In this document: positions 40,600-55,810 of the stretch, one piece after another
Position numbering within the stretch: position 1 is the first letter of the stretch
How the letters are laid out: each line of letters starts with the position of its first letter
The notes under the pieces: generated by a model
Told to the model about the DNA's origin: nothing
Database searches by the model: none
The model's input: the letters and a program-made list of their open reading frames with translations, nothing else
Source of the DNA: Octopus vulgaris
Lineage: Eukaryota
Assembly (NCBI GenBank): GCA_951406725.2
Contig: OX597833.1
Coordinates: 68,386,001-68,450,000, forward strand
Reading direction: 5' to 3'
DNA: 64,000 nt
Program-made: the position numbers and the translations under genes

Positions 40600-41004
40600 C
40601 TTTAATTGTTTCAGTCATTTGACTGAGACCATGCTGGAGCACCACCTTTAATCGAGCAACTCGACCATGGGACTTATTCTTTGTAAGCCCAGTACTTATT
40701 CTATCGGTCTCTTTTGCTGAACCGCTAAGTGACGGGGACATAAACACACCAGCATCGGTTGTCAAGCAATGCTAGGGGGACAAACACAGAGACACAAACA
40801 TACACGCACACACACACATATATATATATATACATATATATGACGGGCTTCTTTCAGTTTCCGTCTACCAAATCCACTCACAAGGCTTTGGTTGGCCCGA
40901 GGCTATAGTAGAAGACACTTGCCCAAGATGCCACGCAGTGGGGCTGAACCCGGAACCATGTGGTTGGTAAACAAGCTACTTACCACACAGCCACTCATGC
41001 GCCT
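40600..41004 (-). mobile_element. SINE family A, full length and young
   Basis: Near-identical reverse match to 58641-59036. Confidence 0.92.
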
Positions 41005-41677
41005 ATATATATATATATGTTTGTGTGTTTGTGTAATGTTTGTGTGGATGTATGTATATGCGCGCGCGATTTTGATGTGAGCCAGTATATATTATATACA
41101 TACACCAAGGATTGCATGTAAGAATACAAAGCGGTTTCATATACTCTGAGATACGAAATGTCTAACGTATACTTTATCGAATTGATATACGGGCGTGTCA
41201 CTGCTCATATGAAAGTGTAGTATATGTGTGCGTTTATGTGTTTGTGATTGTCAGTGTGTGTGTGTGTGTGTGGGGGGTTGTGACTGTTTGTTCACTACAA
41301 TTGGTGTTTCAACAGTTCTAGGGCAGTGTCCGTATGTTCATTCCGATATTCTAATGTAATTAAAGTCGGGTACACCCTCATATACACTCACACGTCATCC
41401 ACTACAACACACACGAACATACATGAGCTGATATTATACACTCGCCCACATAGATATATACATATACAAACACGTATATCTATGTACACACCCACACAAA
41501 TATTAAACATTCATGCATTTATGCATACATTTATACACACATTTATTTATGCATTTATACATAAATATAAATATATACACCATTATTAAAACTTCATATA
41601 TTTCTACATGCATGTACACACACACATATATATAGTTATTAATGTTCAGTAACATATAGAAATATATGTACGTATAT

Positions 41678-41689
<12 letters not shown>

Positions 41690-41712
<23 letters not shown>

Positions 41713-42166
41713 AATATCATTATATATATATATTCACATGTACATATATATATATATATATAAATATCATTATATATATATATTCACATGTACATATATA
41801 TATATATATATATATACATATATATAAATATCATTATATATATATATTCACATGTACATATATATACATATATATATATACACACATATATATATATATA
41901 TATAATATCATTATATATATATATTCACATGTATATATATATATATATATACATATATATAAATATCATTATATATATATATTCACATGTACATATATAT
42001 ATATATATATACATATATATAAATATCATTATATATATATATTCACATGTACATATATATATATATATATACATATATATAAATATCATTATATATATAT
42101 ATTCACATGTACATATATATATATATATATACATATATATAAATATCATTATATATATATATTCAC

Positions 42167-42207
<41 letters not shown>

Positions 42208-42489
42208 CATTATATATATATATTCACATGTACATATATATATATATATATATACATATATATAAATATCATTATATATATATATTCACATGTACATATA
42301 TATATATATATATATACATATATATAAATATCATTATATATATATATATTCACATGTACATATATATATATATATATATACATATATATAAATATCATTA
42401 TATATATATATATATTCACATGTACATATATATATATATATATACATAAATATCATTATATATATATATTCACATGTACATATATATAC

Positions 42490-42526
<37 letters not shown>

Positions 42527-42556
42527 TATAAATATCATTATATATATATATTCACA

Positions 42557-42604
<48 letters not shown>

Positions 42605-42634
42605 TATAAATATCATTATATATATATATTCACA

Positions 42635-42678
<44 letters not shown>

Positions 42679-42705
42679 TATAAATATCATATATATATAT
42701 TCACA

Positions 42706-42745
<40 letters not shown>

Positions 42746-43143
42746 TATATACATATATATAAATATCATATATATATATATTCACATGTACATATAAAAG
42801 GGTAAAGACCCCCTTCGGTCAGGCACTGACCATGGGTTTGCACCTAGAGAGATACCCTCTGAGGCACAAGTCTGGGCAAGGTTGTTTTATGGAAGACCAG
42901 CAGTCGCCCATGCATACCGGCCTCCCCTCTCCACGTCACCGATGTTGTCCAAGGGAAAGGCAAAGGGGCCGATACAGCTTGGCCCCTGTGACGTCGCAAC
43001 TCATTTCTACAGCTGAGTGAACTGGAGCAACGTGAAATAAAGTGCCTTGCTCAAGAACACAACACGCAGCCCCGTCCGGGATTCGAGCTCACAACCTCAC
43101 GATCGTAAGCTCGACGCTCTAACCACTGAGCCATGCGCCTTCA

Positions 43144-43189
<46 letters not shown>

Positions 43190-43217
43190 TATAAATAGCA
43201 TTATATATATATTCACA

Positions 43218-43260
<43 letters not shown>
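41690..43260. repeat. Minisatellite, about 60-bp unit AAATATCATT(AT)nTCACATGTAC(AT)n, interrupted by a SINE
   Basis: Exact 60-bp periodicity at 41941-42170; the unit resumes after 43142. Confidence 0.92.
42798..43142 (-). mobile_element. SINE family E, full length, inserted in the minisatellite
   Basis: Reverse match to 25675-26017. CATGTACATATA on both sides (42785-42796 and 43142-43153) is compatible with a TSD. Confidence 0.9.
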
Positions 43261-43262
<2 letters not shown>

Positions 43263-44245
43263 ATAATTTGTAAATACATGTGTCGCCCTCGTTTCCTTGC
43301 ATGTCTATGCCAAGGTATGATTGTAGTGTAGCTGAAGCATAATGAATATTGGAATGAGAGAAGGAAAGAACTGAGGGGGAAGTGAACAAAACCATTGAAT
43401 TACTACATTAAGCATTCCAAAGACTCTGTGATGTTGAGGATTCTGTTTGAATATAGAACATGAAAAGATCCCGAAGCAACAGAAAAATACTGGCCATGAA
43501 ATATAGGACGTATATCTAATCATGATTTTACATTCTTCCTTGTAATTGTACGTACTGAATTTATATATATATATATATATGTATAGAAAGATATATGTAT
43601 AGATAGATATATGTATAGATAGATATATGGATAGATAGATAGATGAACAGACTGTAATATGAGATTAAATAAATGACAAGTTAAGAGTTAGGAAATTTTG
43701 TAATGCACTTCATTAGCCAACAGCTGTTTCTGCTTCAACACGCAATGCACTCGTATGATGCTGTTTTGTATCATCTTAATATAGAGCTATGGGAGCTTCG
43801 AAACTAAAGTGCAGCTTTCCTTTTCGGAGAGTATGTGTGTACATATGGAAAAAATCTCTCTACACAAAATATTCAAAATCATAAAAGTAGAATATCAGTT
43901 TTGAAGTGTGAAAATCACTGAAAAATATATCGATGTAGATATCCATACCACGTGATTTGAAATTTTAACAACAGAGCATCTTAATTCTCGTTAGTGGCTA
44001 TTACTGCGCCTGGGGTTAAGCTCAACTGACCTCGTCAACTTATAAGAAAAAACGTTGAAAACCTGTGTTGATTCCAAAAACGCTAGAAGTGATAACTATA
44101 AATAATGTCGGTATCTTATTAGCAATTTAACAATCACTGTCACTTTAGTGACATCTCTCTCTCACTTTGTATATATATATATATATATATATATAGGTAT
44201 CAGATGAAGCGCTAAGCAGTGGTGAGTATATATGTGTACTCGTTA

Positions 44246-44324
44246 ACCAGTTGAAATATGCTACAGGCATATTCAAATGGTTTTCTTAGAGGTTCGAGTA
44301 TGCCTGAAGCATATTTCAACTGGT
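44246..44324. repeat. 32-bp inverted repeat (29/32 match) with a 15-nt spacer
   Basis: ACCAGTTGAAATATGCTACAGGCATATTCAAA pairs with TTCGAGTATGCCTGAAGCATATTTCAACTGGT. Confidence 0.85.
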
Positions 44325-45901
44325 AACAAGTTTGTGTCTGTGAGTGTGTGCTTGTGTGCGTGTAACATATATATATATAAAGTATCATATGTCTCTATAT
44401 ACACCAGGTTTCAAAATATATATTTGCATATTTATGTAGCTTTACACATATACACATCGCATTCACGAACTCACATACACATACACACGTAGAGGACTAG
44501 GTTTTCACCACCCAGCTGGTACACATAAAGTCAAATAAGTTTTCAGGCCTGTGGCTTTTCTTAGCAAAAAGCTATGCATCATCTAATTAAATGTTGCCGC
44601 ATCTGCTTTGAAAATATGTTTAGAATCTCAACATCACAACTTGATGGCTAATAACGATTCTAAAGTACATAAACTAGTTTAATAAATTCTGTTAATTTTC
44701 CTTTCATGTGGAATCTCGTAAAATCGCCTGAATCCATGAGAGAAAGTATATTTCCGATTTCTTGAAGCTACAAAACTTACAAACCATCGTTTCTAACATC
44801 GCATTTGACCATTTTATTGGGTCTTAATTTCAAGGTAGAATTGATTACGTTCCTAAAATAATATAAGGTTACATGTGATGCCAAACCTTTGTCCGACTGG
44901 GTAGAAAGTACCTCTCAGAGAACTTTGAAAGTCAGTGCTCAATCCTGAAACAGCTGCTGAACCCGAAAAGCTTATTTGGGAGTAATTTGTCCGAACGTTC
45001 TTTAAATTTTAAAATCTGGGCTATCTTTATGAATCTGCGACCAGCGGAGTTTTGTCAGTAGCAGAGCTAATTTTCCGATGCCAAATAATGCGTAATTATT
45101 TATTAATAGTGCGGTTCATCTGGTGTTGATCCGCGTCGGTTTTCATTTGACCCGCATCTCGAAAAATATCGCATATGACTTTTAAAATACATTATCACAC
45201 CACAGAGATCAAGTTCTTTGGTACCCTTATTGCATTTTCTGGAAAATAAATTCTCCGCAATATCGAACCACTGTCGCTCTGTAATTTAATCAATATATGT
45301 GTTATACTTCTCTCCATTCGATTCACACTCGTTTGTAGATAGAGACAATCCGACCAGCCGGCCCGCTGCTCATGCTAAGTTTTCAACAGTCATACAACTT
45401 TGCGTGGATAGTAAAACCTCAAAGAATTCTCTTGATGCTGATGGAAAATATAACATGAAATTCCAAGCAAGAAATCTTCAAACAGTTCACAACCAATCAT
45501 GTAAGAATCATCTAAGAAACCACAAAATCGATACAGACATAGAATAATCTACAGCAGAAGAACGTAAAATATTATATGACTTGTGACACGTAATGAGTAC
45601 GATTCATCATTTTATACGCAAATTAGGAAAATGGCTAAAACATGAAATTTATCGTCTAAGTAGATATTGAGAACATTCAAACCTGATCCACAAAAAGCAA
45701 CATATGATTGTTAGACGACCTCTGTTGCGTTGTTCGACACATAAATTACTGCTCCGCAATTCTGCTGGTAATATCTGCTGAATATTAGTATTGAAATGGT
45801 GGAATGGAAATGGTCAGAAGATAAAATGACTCCACAAACCAAACGGGTCATTAGAAAATTTGCATAGCTTCTTATTAATCTACTGTGGAAAAGGTGTCTT
45901 C

Positions 45902-45949
<48 letters not shown>

Positions 45950-46272
45950 TTAACTCCGTCTGTTTTTCTGTTTGTCTCTTTGAATATCTATCTGTCGGTC
46001 TGTCTATCTGCCTGCCCATCCGTCTCCGTCCGTCCTCCCATCTGTCTGTCTCTCTATGCATCTCCCTGTCTCTCTAATTGTCTGCCTGTATGTCTGTCTT
46101 TCTATCTAACTATCTGTCTGTCTGCCTGTCTGTCTATCTGTCTATCTTTCTATCTGCCTGTCGGTCTGTCTGTCTCTCTCCTCCTCTCTGTCTGTCTGTA
46201 TGTTTGTCTGTCCCACTGTATGTCTGGCTCTCTATCTAACTCTCTGTATGACTGTATCTGTCTATCTGTCTC

Positions 46273-47569
<1,297 letters not shown>

Positions 47570-49000
47570 GAGATAACGAGTAGGGTGGTCACTCTCGCCC
47601 GGCAATGGGCCGAGAGGAAACTGTCCCTAAAAGGTCGAGCGGAGGTGGCGAACACGTACATCGCGTCCGTCATCTACTACCGCCTGACCGTCGTACCTTG
47701 TCCCGACCCTACCATCACCAAACTACAACGCATCCTCTTTCGCTTCTTGTGGAAAGGATGCGTCCCGATGGTCAGGCGATCCATTTGCTGTCAACACCCG
47801 TTAAAAGGAGGGCTGGGCATGCCGTGGTTGATGATGCGCAGACACGCGCTGAGACTGCGACATCTCTGGCTCTATGTAGACGACGGTGAACAGGTGTGGT
47901 CGCCGTTTGTGAGGCACGCTTTCCCGCAGCTCGTCTCCATGACCGAACTGCAGTCGTGGATCAAAAAGAGGCCGAGGAAGGGCGAATGGCACCGCGAGTG
48001 TCGCGTTGCTCTCAAGCAACTCTGCCGTCCTGGGTCGACCTTAAGTGACTTCAACACAACCAAAGCATTCTATAGGGGTTTAGTGGAGGGGAGGTACGAC
48101 GACGAGCTCGGGGCGAACCTGGACGTCGACGAGGAGTACCTGACCCGCCTGTTCAGGACGACTTTCGGGCCAGGGCCCATGGACAACTTCCAGAGATCCC
48201 TGGCCTGGCAGTGCTACCGAGAAGCGCTACCCGTTCGGGATAAGCTCTACAGACACGGCTCGAGAAACACGGGGCCGACCTGCCCGAGATGCGGTCAGAG
48301 CGACGAAACCGTTCTGCACGCACTCGTTCAGTGTCCAACAATTTCCGACCTGTGGGCTTATGTCGAACAACTGCTGTCACGTGTGGGACGAGTCGGTTTA
48401 TCAGCTGAGTCTATCGTCAATATTGTCACGCCTCCTTCCTTCAAACGGGAAGGAAGAGCTATTTTCATCATCCTTGTGGCTATGGCGAAAGAATGTATCT
48501 GGTGGACGCGTCTGAAAGGATTGGAGACAAACACTTTCCTCTCTGGTCAATCTCTCATCAACTTCTTCAAGTACCACTTGAAAAGGAAAGTGAGAGTAGA
48601 GAGGCAAGTTTTGTCTAGCGAATGTTTTAAAAAAAGATGGGTGAATGTAGCAAAAATGGCACGTATGAATGACGAAGCCACCTTGAGCATAGTCCTATGA
48701 ACCCAGAAATCGAAAACAGAGAGTTGCTTATTTGCAAAAAAAAAAAAAAAAAAAAAGAAATATAAAATGTGACTTCATTGACCGAGGTTACCGTGGTCTT
48801 TTCCGTAGGCTTTTCTTTCCACGGGTAAACCTCACCTGTCCTCCCCTTTACACTTCATATTGACATTTCTGTGATAACGATCCCTATTGATCATTTTTTT
48901 TTTTTTTTTTTTTTTTTTTCCTCTCCCCCTTTTTTAACCCCCTTTTTTTTTGTCCTCCTTCTCTCCTTTTACGATCCCTTTTGATCGAAACTCCCCCTTA

Positions 49001-49036
<36 letters not shown>

Positions 49037-49107
49037 ATTCAAAAGAAAAGCTCTACCTTGTAATTTGTTCTATCTGTGTGCAGCCCTGTGTGGCTAATAA
49101 AGAAACA
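47570..49107 (+). mobile_element. Tx1/L1-clade LINE, 5'-truncated copy 2 (uninterrupted frame to stop at 48700, plus 3' UTR)
   Basis: W..RKLSLKGRAEVANTYIAS...Y, FRFLWKG, PLKGGLGMP and zf-RVT motifs. Nearly identical to copy 1 over the shared part. (TATC)n on both sides. Confidence 0.95.
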
Positions 49108-50236
49108 TATCTATCTATCTATCTATCTATCTTTACTTTTTAATCATTTAATTGTTTTAATGATTGAATTGCAGAACCATCTTCAAGAATATTAAGTCGA
49201 ACATATATTTGTATTCAGCGATTTAAAATATTCTGCGTGTATACAAGTGTATTCATATCTGGGTATATATGGATGTTCTGGAGAATTTGGTGTCCACATA
49301 TTTTTAATAAGCACCTCAGAATGTCACATGAGATGTCACAGAACACAATGAGCAAGTTCTTGTTAGATGCAAACCAAAAATGAACCTTATTATTCGCACA
49401 AGACAAAGAGCATCATATTACATAAGACATTATTATTATTATTATTATTATTATTATAAGAAATACTGAAGGGAAAGGTCTCGATGAATGGCAACCTCCA
49501 ATGTATTATGAGAGTCATAGCAATCTGCCTTTCATTCTGAGCTGCGCACTTACCAACAATAGCCTCGGAAAATTAATTTGAGTCAGCATCAAAGGAACTG
49601 GAAGACGTTGTTCGTAATCTTCTCTTTATTGTCAGTCTCTGTGCACGTGTGTGTATACACTTGTATGCGTTTGTGAATGTGTGTGCGTGTGTATGTATGT
49701 GTTTAAGACTTTGCTTGCGTTTATATATGTACATGATTTTATATGCTTCTCTCTAACCTCCTCTTTCAATTATTATTATTATTATTATTATTATTGCTAT
49801 TATAATTATTATTTAAAACGGTGTGCTAGAAGGATGGTGTGCACATTGGGCTTAGCGGCATTTCGTTGATGTTTATGTTCTGAGTTCAAATGCTGCGGTG
49901 GTGGACTTTGCCTTTCATCATTTCGTGGTCGATGAAATAAGTACCAGTTGATCACTAGAGTCCATGTAATTTGACTTGCTCCCTCCCACAAAATGTCTAG
50001 ACGTGTGCCTATAGTAGAAAGGTTTATTATTAATATTATCGAGTGAGAGAGCAATGCATGCCATCACAGTGACATTGGTATTATTATTATTATGATTATT
50101 ATTATTATATGAAAAGACGTTCCATCACACCCAGATTATTCTGCTTGGTATGATGGAATCTGCCAGATTGTCATTACGTCTTTTGTATATGGATCATACT
50201 TACCACATTCTCATGGCGTATTATTATTATTATTAT

Positions 50237-50590
50237 TCTATGTTTGACTTTTGCTTTATGTTTGTACAAGTTGGCTCCAAATCTCACCCAGAGACCCCAG
50301 GAGACAACAAGTTGGAAGTTCACGTTGTTGTTATGTCTAGTGTGCCATATATTTGGGAGGTTTTTTTGGGTGTTGTACTAGTGAGCGTCTAATAAATAAA
50401 TTTAAAAAAAAAACAAAGTTTGTTTTAAACCTTGAGATTACATAGAGAGTATTTTGCGTAGGATATGAGCAGTTCCCATGAGCACTATCTTTTGAATTTC
50501 TGCCATTTTGGGGTTTCCTGGTATCTGAGTTAGGTAGGAATCAGCCCCTTTCGCTATCATTCCCAGGGCACCTACGACAACAGGTATTGT
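50237..50590 (-). mobile_element. R4/Dong-type (restriction-like endonuclease) LINE 3' end inserted in (TAA)n
   Basis: 50590-50438 translates without interruption as TIPVVVGALGMIAKGADSYLTQIPGNPKMAEIQKIVLMGTAHILRKILSM*. A 200-bp 3' UTR follows, and (TAA)n flanks both ends. Confidence 0.85.
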
Positions 50591-50611
50591 TATTATTATT
50601 ATTACTATTTA

Positions 50612-50825
50612 AGGCGGTGAGCAGGTAGAATCGTTAGTACGCTGAGCGAAGTGCTCAGCGGCATTCCGTTCATCTTTACTTTCTCAGTTCAAATTTCGCC
50701 GCGTTCGACTTTGCCTTCCATCCCTTCTGGGTCGATAAATTATCTACCAGTGAAAAACGGGGAACGATATAGTCGCCTAGTCCCTTCCCAACGGATTTCA
50801 GGCATTGTGCATTTAGTAGACAGGA
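50612..50825 (+). mobile_element. SINE family C, diverged; further diverged copies at about 49830-50022, 51130-51340, 53712-53925 and 61860-62040
   Basis: Head and TTTGCCTTCCATCCC.TC.GGGTCGATAAATT block are recognisable. Confidence 0.75.
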
Positions 50826-51349
50826 TTATTATTCTCATCATCATCATCATCATCATCATTATCATTTTATTTTTTAACCCTTGTTCGTTATGTCCCTTCT
50901 GTTTCAGTGTATACTTCTTTTTTCCAATTTTTCTTTTTCTCCTTTCTTTATGTGTAAACCCCAACACTTTATGTCAGTCTTTCTATTGTTCCCTTCCTCC
51001 GTCACCCTTGCGGCAAATAAAAAATGAAATCTTTATTATTATTGCCAGTTACGAACTGGGGTCGCTGTAATCAAGTTAATACTACCCCCTCCCCAGCTGC
51101 TCTTATTATTATTATTAGTATCACTATTAAGCTGCCGTGCTGGCAGAACCGTTAGCACGTAGGGCATAAGGCTTAGCAGCAATTCGCCATCCCTAACGTT
51201 CTGAGCTCAAATTACCCCGAGGTCGATTTCCCTTTCACCCTCTGGGCATTGATGAAAACAAGAAAAAAACACTGGTCAGATACTCAGTTCTGTATCATCG
51301 ACTTACGTCCCCCCGACACTAACTTAGTAGTCCTAAGCCAAAAATGCTT

Positions 51350-51590
51350 AAATTCCAAGAATCTTCCTTAGTATTCTGGCAGAAATACGATCGCAGCTTT
51401 CTGCATGTTGAAAATGCAACCCTTAATTCCTTACTTGCAATATTCTTTAGTCCCTTAAGTGATGCACCAAGTGCACAAGTTACAGCAGGCATAATTCTTG
51501 TCTAAGTCTTCCACAATCTTTTGATCAATATTTTCCAATTCCTTTTGTATCCACTTTGGTGTCATAGGGAATCGCAGAGCCAGTGACGCC
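51350..51590 (-). mobile_element. Old R4/Dong-type LINE 3' coding relic
   Basis: Minus strand reads IPYDTKVDTK...RLWKT*TRIMPAVTCALGASLKGLK...MQKAAI...ARILRKILGI*. Confidence 0.7.
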
Positions 51591-52240
51591 CCACTGTTGT
51601 TATATTATTGATACTATGGAACAGTAGGTATTTTAATCATAGCGTATATATATCTTCATATATTGAATATGCGTATATATTTGCGTATGAAACAGACGGA
51701 CAGTCTATACACGCTTATGAAGAATATGGCACGTTCTGAATCAGCTACCGTGTGTTTCTGTCTATATATATGTGATTATGAGAGAACGGTGTGGGCTCTC
51801 GTTGATAATGAGAAAGCAGCACCTTAGGAATATTGTGTGAGAAAGTGAGATTAATATGGAGAGCAGGATATATTTATGTGTGAAATTGCTAGGAAGCACG
51901 GTTGTTCGCTAATGATAAACGGAGTGAAATCAATTGAGAGTTGTACGAGACAACGATGCTTTCACACCTGATATTAAAGGATTCTAGCGCTGTTCGTTTT
52001 GTGTCTAATGGAAAATTTCTGGAAGCAGATTAGTGTGGTGTACGTACCAGAAAACATTTTTTGAATATGATACGTTCTTAATAAATGAATTTCAGAGGCG
52101 GAATGCGGATCACTGCATTGCGCCGCAACAATGGCGCTGTGTCACAATGCATGCGAAGGGAAATAAAGAGAGAGGAAGACTTAAATGTGTAGGACTAAAT
52201 AATTGAGAGCAGTGGGGGGTGAATTCGCAACTGAGAAGTT

Positions 52241-52325
52241 TATAGCAATCCCTCGACTATCGTAGGTGTTACGTTCCAAAATCCCCAGAGATAAGTGAAT
52301 ATCTGCGAATCAGAAACAGTACTGG
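52241..52325 (+). mobile_element. Possible Tigger/pogo-type MITE end
   Basis: TA-TAGCAATCCCTCGACTATCGTAGGTGTTACGTTCC resembles pogo/Tigger termini (CAGT..CCCTCG.TTATCGCGG); no partner TIR was found. Confidence 0.4.
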
Positions 52326-52339
52326 TCTCTGTGTATATA

Positions 52340-52658
52340 TCACCGTGATCACCGTGACCGAGCAAGCTATCAGGTGCTCCTACACATCGATGGTCACAAT
52401 GCACTTCGCATTGTTTTAGCCTTCAAATGACGCTAAACCTCTCACCTCTGGCTAAGCGAGCAGGCCAACATACGAAAGAGTGAGAGAAAGTTGTGGCGAA
52501 AGAGTACAGCAGGGATCGCCACTTCCCCCTGCCGGAGCTTCGTGGAGCTTTAGGTGTTTTCGCTCAATAAACACCCAGAACGCCCGATCTGGGAATCGAA
52601 ACCGCGATCCTACAACCGCGAGTCCACTGCCCTAACCTCTGGGCCATTGCGCCTCCAC
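52340..52658 (-). mobile_element. SINE family D, full length
   Basis: Head GTGGAGGCGCAATGGCCCAGAGGTTAGGGCAGTGGACTCGCGGTTGTAGGATCGCGGTTTCGATTCCC; tail (CACGGTGAT)2 then TA. Confidence 0.9.
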
Positions 52659-52888
52659 ATTATATACATATATATTATCATTTTTATAATTTGTATATAT
52701 GTTATTATATTTGAAATGCAAAACAACACCAAGGAGCAATGGCCGTAAGCTTAACTAATAAACCGCAATAGGTGGACCGCAATATGGCGCGGGATTATAG
52801 TATTCCCTGATTTTCTACTGTGGAGTGTGGTCCAAGTTTTTACGCTTGTGCACCAGTTATATGTGTGTGTGTGTGTGTTTGTGTGTCT

Positions 52889-52933
<45 letters not shown>

Positions 52934-53991
52934 TGTGTGCTTCACGAAGAACACATGTCTGTTTGTAGGAATACGTGTTGTCTGCCAGCAACATATTCAA
53001 TATTCACAATAATTCGTTTGTACATAGATTCGTATACGCACATAAGTATACATTTACATAATATACTTCTATTCACATTGCCGTGTACCACCGTTAATCT
53101 GTTTGGCAAATCCATTGTAATGTTTTTATTCCCATCGCTAGTTCTTTGTACCAAGCTAATCTGGTATATCAGAGTATTTCGAATTATTTATGCGATTTCT
53201 TATAGATTAATGTATCTTAGTTTATTTGTGATCTCAAGGTATTACGAAACATAAATAGCCATTGTTCATCTCTTTTTCTTAATGAAGTATCTTCGGCTTT
53301 TGTGCTTCATAGCGTATGTCAGAGTTTTATCTTTCTTGTTTGGTTAACCATTGTGAGCATCGGGGATGGGTTACCGGTTTTTGTTTCTGTTTTTTTTTCT
53401 TTTCTTTTCTTTTTTTTTATTTGCTTAGCAAGAAGGTACAAGTAATTCAAGAATCAAACGCAGATCAATACAAGAAATTGATAGTCGTGAAAATAACGCA
53501 TAATCGAACAGAATTATGTACACTAAATAAACCGAACGAAAGACAATAGATAATAACGAAAGGAAACAAACAAATTAATGTCATTCTCGTACAGTTCTGC
53601 GAATATCATTCTCGTACAGTTCTGCGAATATTCGGTATTTCTGTAAAATAATGGATGCAACTGTGGGATATTTAATATTGTTATTATTATTATTATTAAT
53701 AATAATTATAATGTCGGCAAGCTGGCAGAATCGTTAGCATGCTGGACGAAATTCCTTAGCGGTATTTCATCCATTTTCACGTTCTGAGCTCAAATTCCGC
53801 CGAGATCGAGTTTACCTTTTATCGTTTCAGAGTCGATAAATTAAGTACCATTTGAGCATTTGAGTTGATGTTGCCGACATACATGCTACCCTAAAATTTC
53901 TGGCCTTATGCCTATAATAGAAAGGATTATTATTATTATTACTATCATCATTATTATTATTATTATTAGTAGTAGTAGTAGTTGTTGTAAT

Positions 53992-54510
53992 TGAGAGAGC
54001 AGCGCTTGCCTTCAAAGTGACAATGGGATAAAATATACGAATACTAGTATACCCATCATGACTACCCGTCTGATAAGAGTACACTAGGCACATGCATTAC
54101 AACCATTTGTGCGCGACATGGCGATCTCATATCAAGATAAACCGCGCATGACCTTGCAGTTGGGACTCAATTAGAATTTCATTCAGGTCGAGTAAGCCAC
54201 CCCGCTCAAAAGTTCCCTGAAATAGATTTGTTTAAGGGTGATCGACAAAACATCCATGTTTCCGGATGCGAATTATTCAAACCCCAAAGAATTCCTCTCA
54301 ACACATAGCTATGATGCTTCTCCCACTACTTTTGCTCGTGATAAGAGATGCACATATCGTCAACTGGTTAAGGTCAAACAACTGACAAGCAAATCTGTGA
54401 TATGGGGCAGAATATTTGCAGTAGCCCATCTTTTATACTAAGACAAAACAGTGTACATGGTAACACTTTCAATCTGTTAAGATCAGAAGCCATCAAAGCC
54501 AGCGCTGTTA
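53992..54510 (-). mobile_element. Longer copy of the repeat at 34165-34530
   Basis: Colinear similarity over about 350 bp. Confidence 0.7.
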
Positions 54511-54583
54511 TTGCATCATGGCGTCTTTCCACACATTATAAGCTTTGGTACTTGGTTTTTAATTATCGTGGGAGGCATCCAAC

Positions 54584-54619
<36 letters not shown>

Positions 54620-55149
54620 TTCTTTCAATTTTGTTTCCATTTTCTCCCGAGTGTCTTCCCAACATTGGGGCAAATAATCTCACAGTATACATTGTTAGGC
54701 CATTAAAATAATCACACCAGATTACTACTACTACTACTACTACTACTAGGATGTATTTAAAATATCGACTGATATCAAGTGAAATAAAAAAAAATCATGT
54801 GTTCGTACAAGAAAGTGATAGTCAATGAGAGACAGACAGACAGAAAGAATGAGATTCAGAGGAAGAGAGAATGATGTCCCAAATGAGTACCAAAGAATAC
54901 ATTTATAGCAATTGGTTTCCATTCATGAATTCCTTTCATCTTTGCCATTCTGCGTTGTTTAGTAAGAGATCAATGCTTATGCGAGAATAGACAGACATGA
55001 TTGCCAGCGCAACTTTGGAGATTTTACGATCTGCAGCCAAAGTGACGACTCCCTAGAATAAATTCATGGCTGTACGTCTTAGTGAGATCAAACTAGAACG
55101 ATTACAAAAAGGGACATTTGCATGAGAAAAGGAATTATCATCGTACGAA

Positions 55150-55380
55150 ATGTATGTATGTATGTATTGGTGATATATATATATATATATATGCGTGTGA
55201 ATATACATATATATTTATGTATGTGTGAATATATATTCATGTATGTGTGAATATATATATATGTATGTATGTATGTGTGAATATATATATGTATATATGT
55301 GTGAATATCTATATATATGTATGCATGTGTGAATATCTATATATATGTATGCATGTGTGAATATCTATATATATATATAT

Positions 55381-55425
<45 letters not shown>

Positions 55426-55747
55426 AATATATATATATATATATGTATGTCTGAATGTATGTACGTATGTATGTATGTATGAATATATATATGTATATAT
55501 ATGTATGTATGTATGAATATATATATATATGTGTGTGTGAATATATATATGTATATATGTATATATATATGTTTATGACTATATTTATGTGTATGTATAT
55601 ATATATATATATGTGTGTGTGTGAATATATATATGTATATATGTATATATATATATGTTTATGACTATATTTATGTGTATATATATATGTGTGTGTGTGA
55701 ATATATATATATGTATATATGTATATATATATGCTTATGACTATATT

Positions 55748-55794
<47 letters not shown>

Positions 55795-55810
55795 ATATGT
55801 ATGTGTGTGC
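55150..55810. repeat. Compound minisatellite GTGTGAAT(AT)n with a higher-order unit near 55500-55760
   Basis: Read directly; TTATGACTATATTTATGTGTA recurs three times at roughly 80-bp spacing. Confidence 0.9.

Noticed and set aside
41690-42795. Regular repeat-spacer-like periodicity, superficially CRISPR-like; also 15112-15680
   Set aside because: The spacers are only variable-length dinucleotide tracts, the context is eukaryotic and there are no cas genes. These are minisatellites.
53581-53630. Perfect 25-bp tandem duplication; also an imperfect 20-bp one at 39851-39890
   Set aside because: Ordinary local slippage duplications with no further structure.
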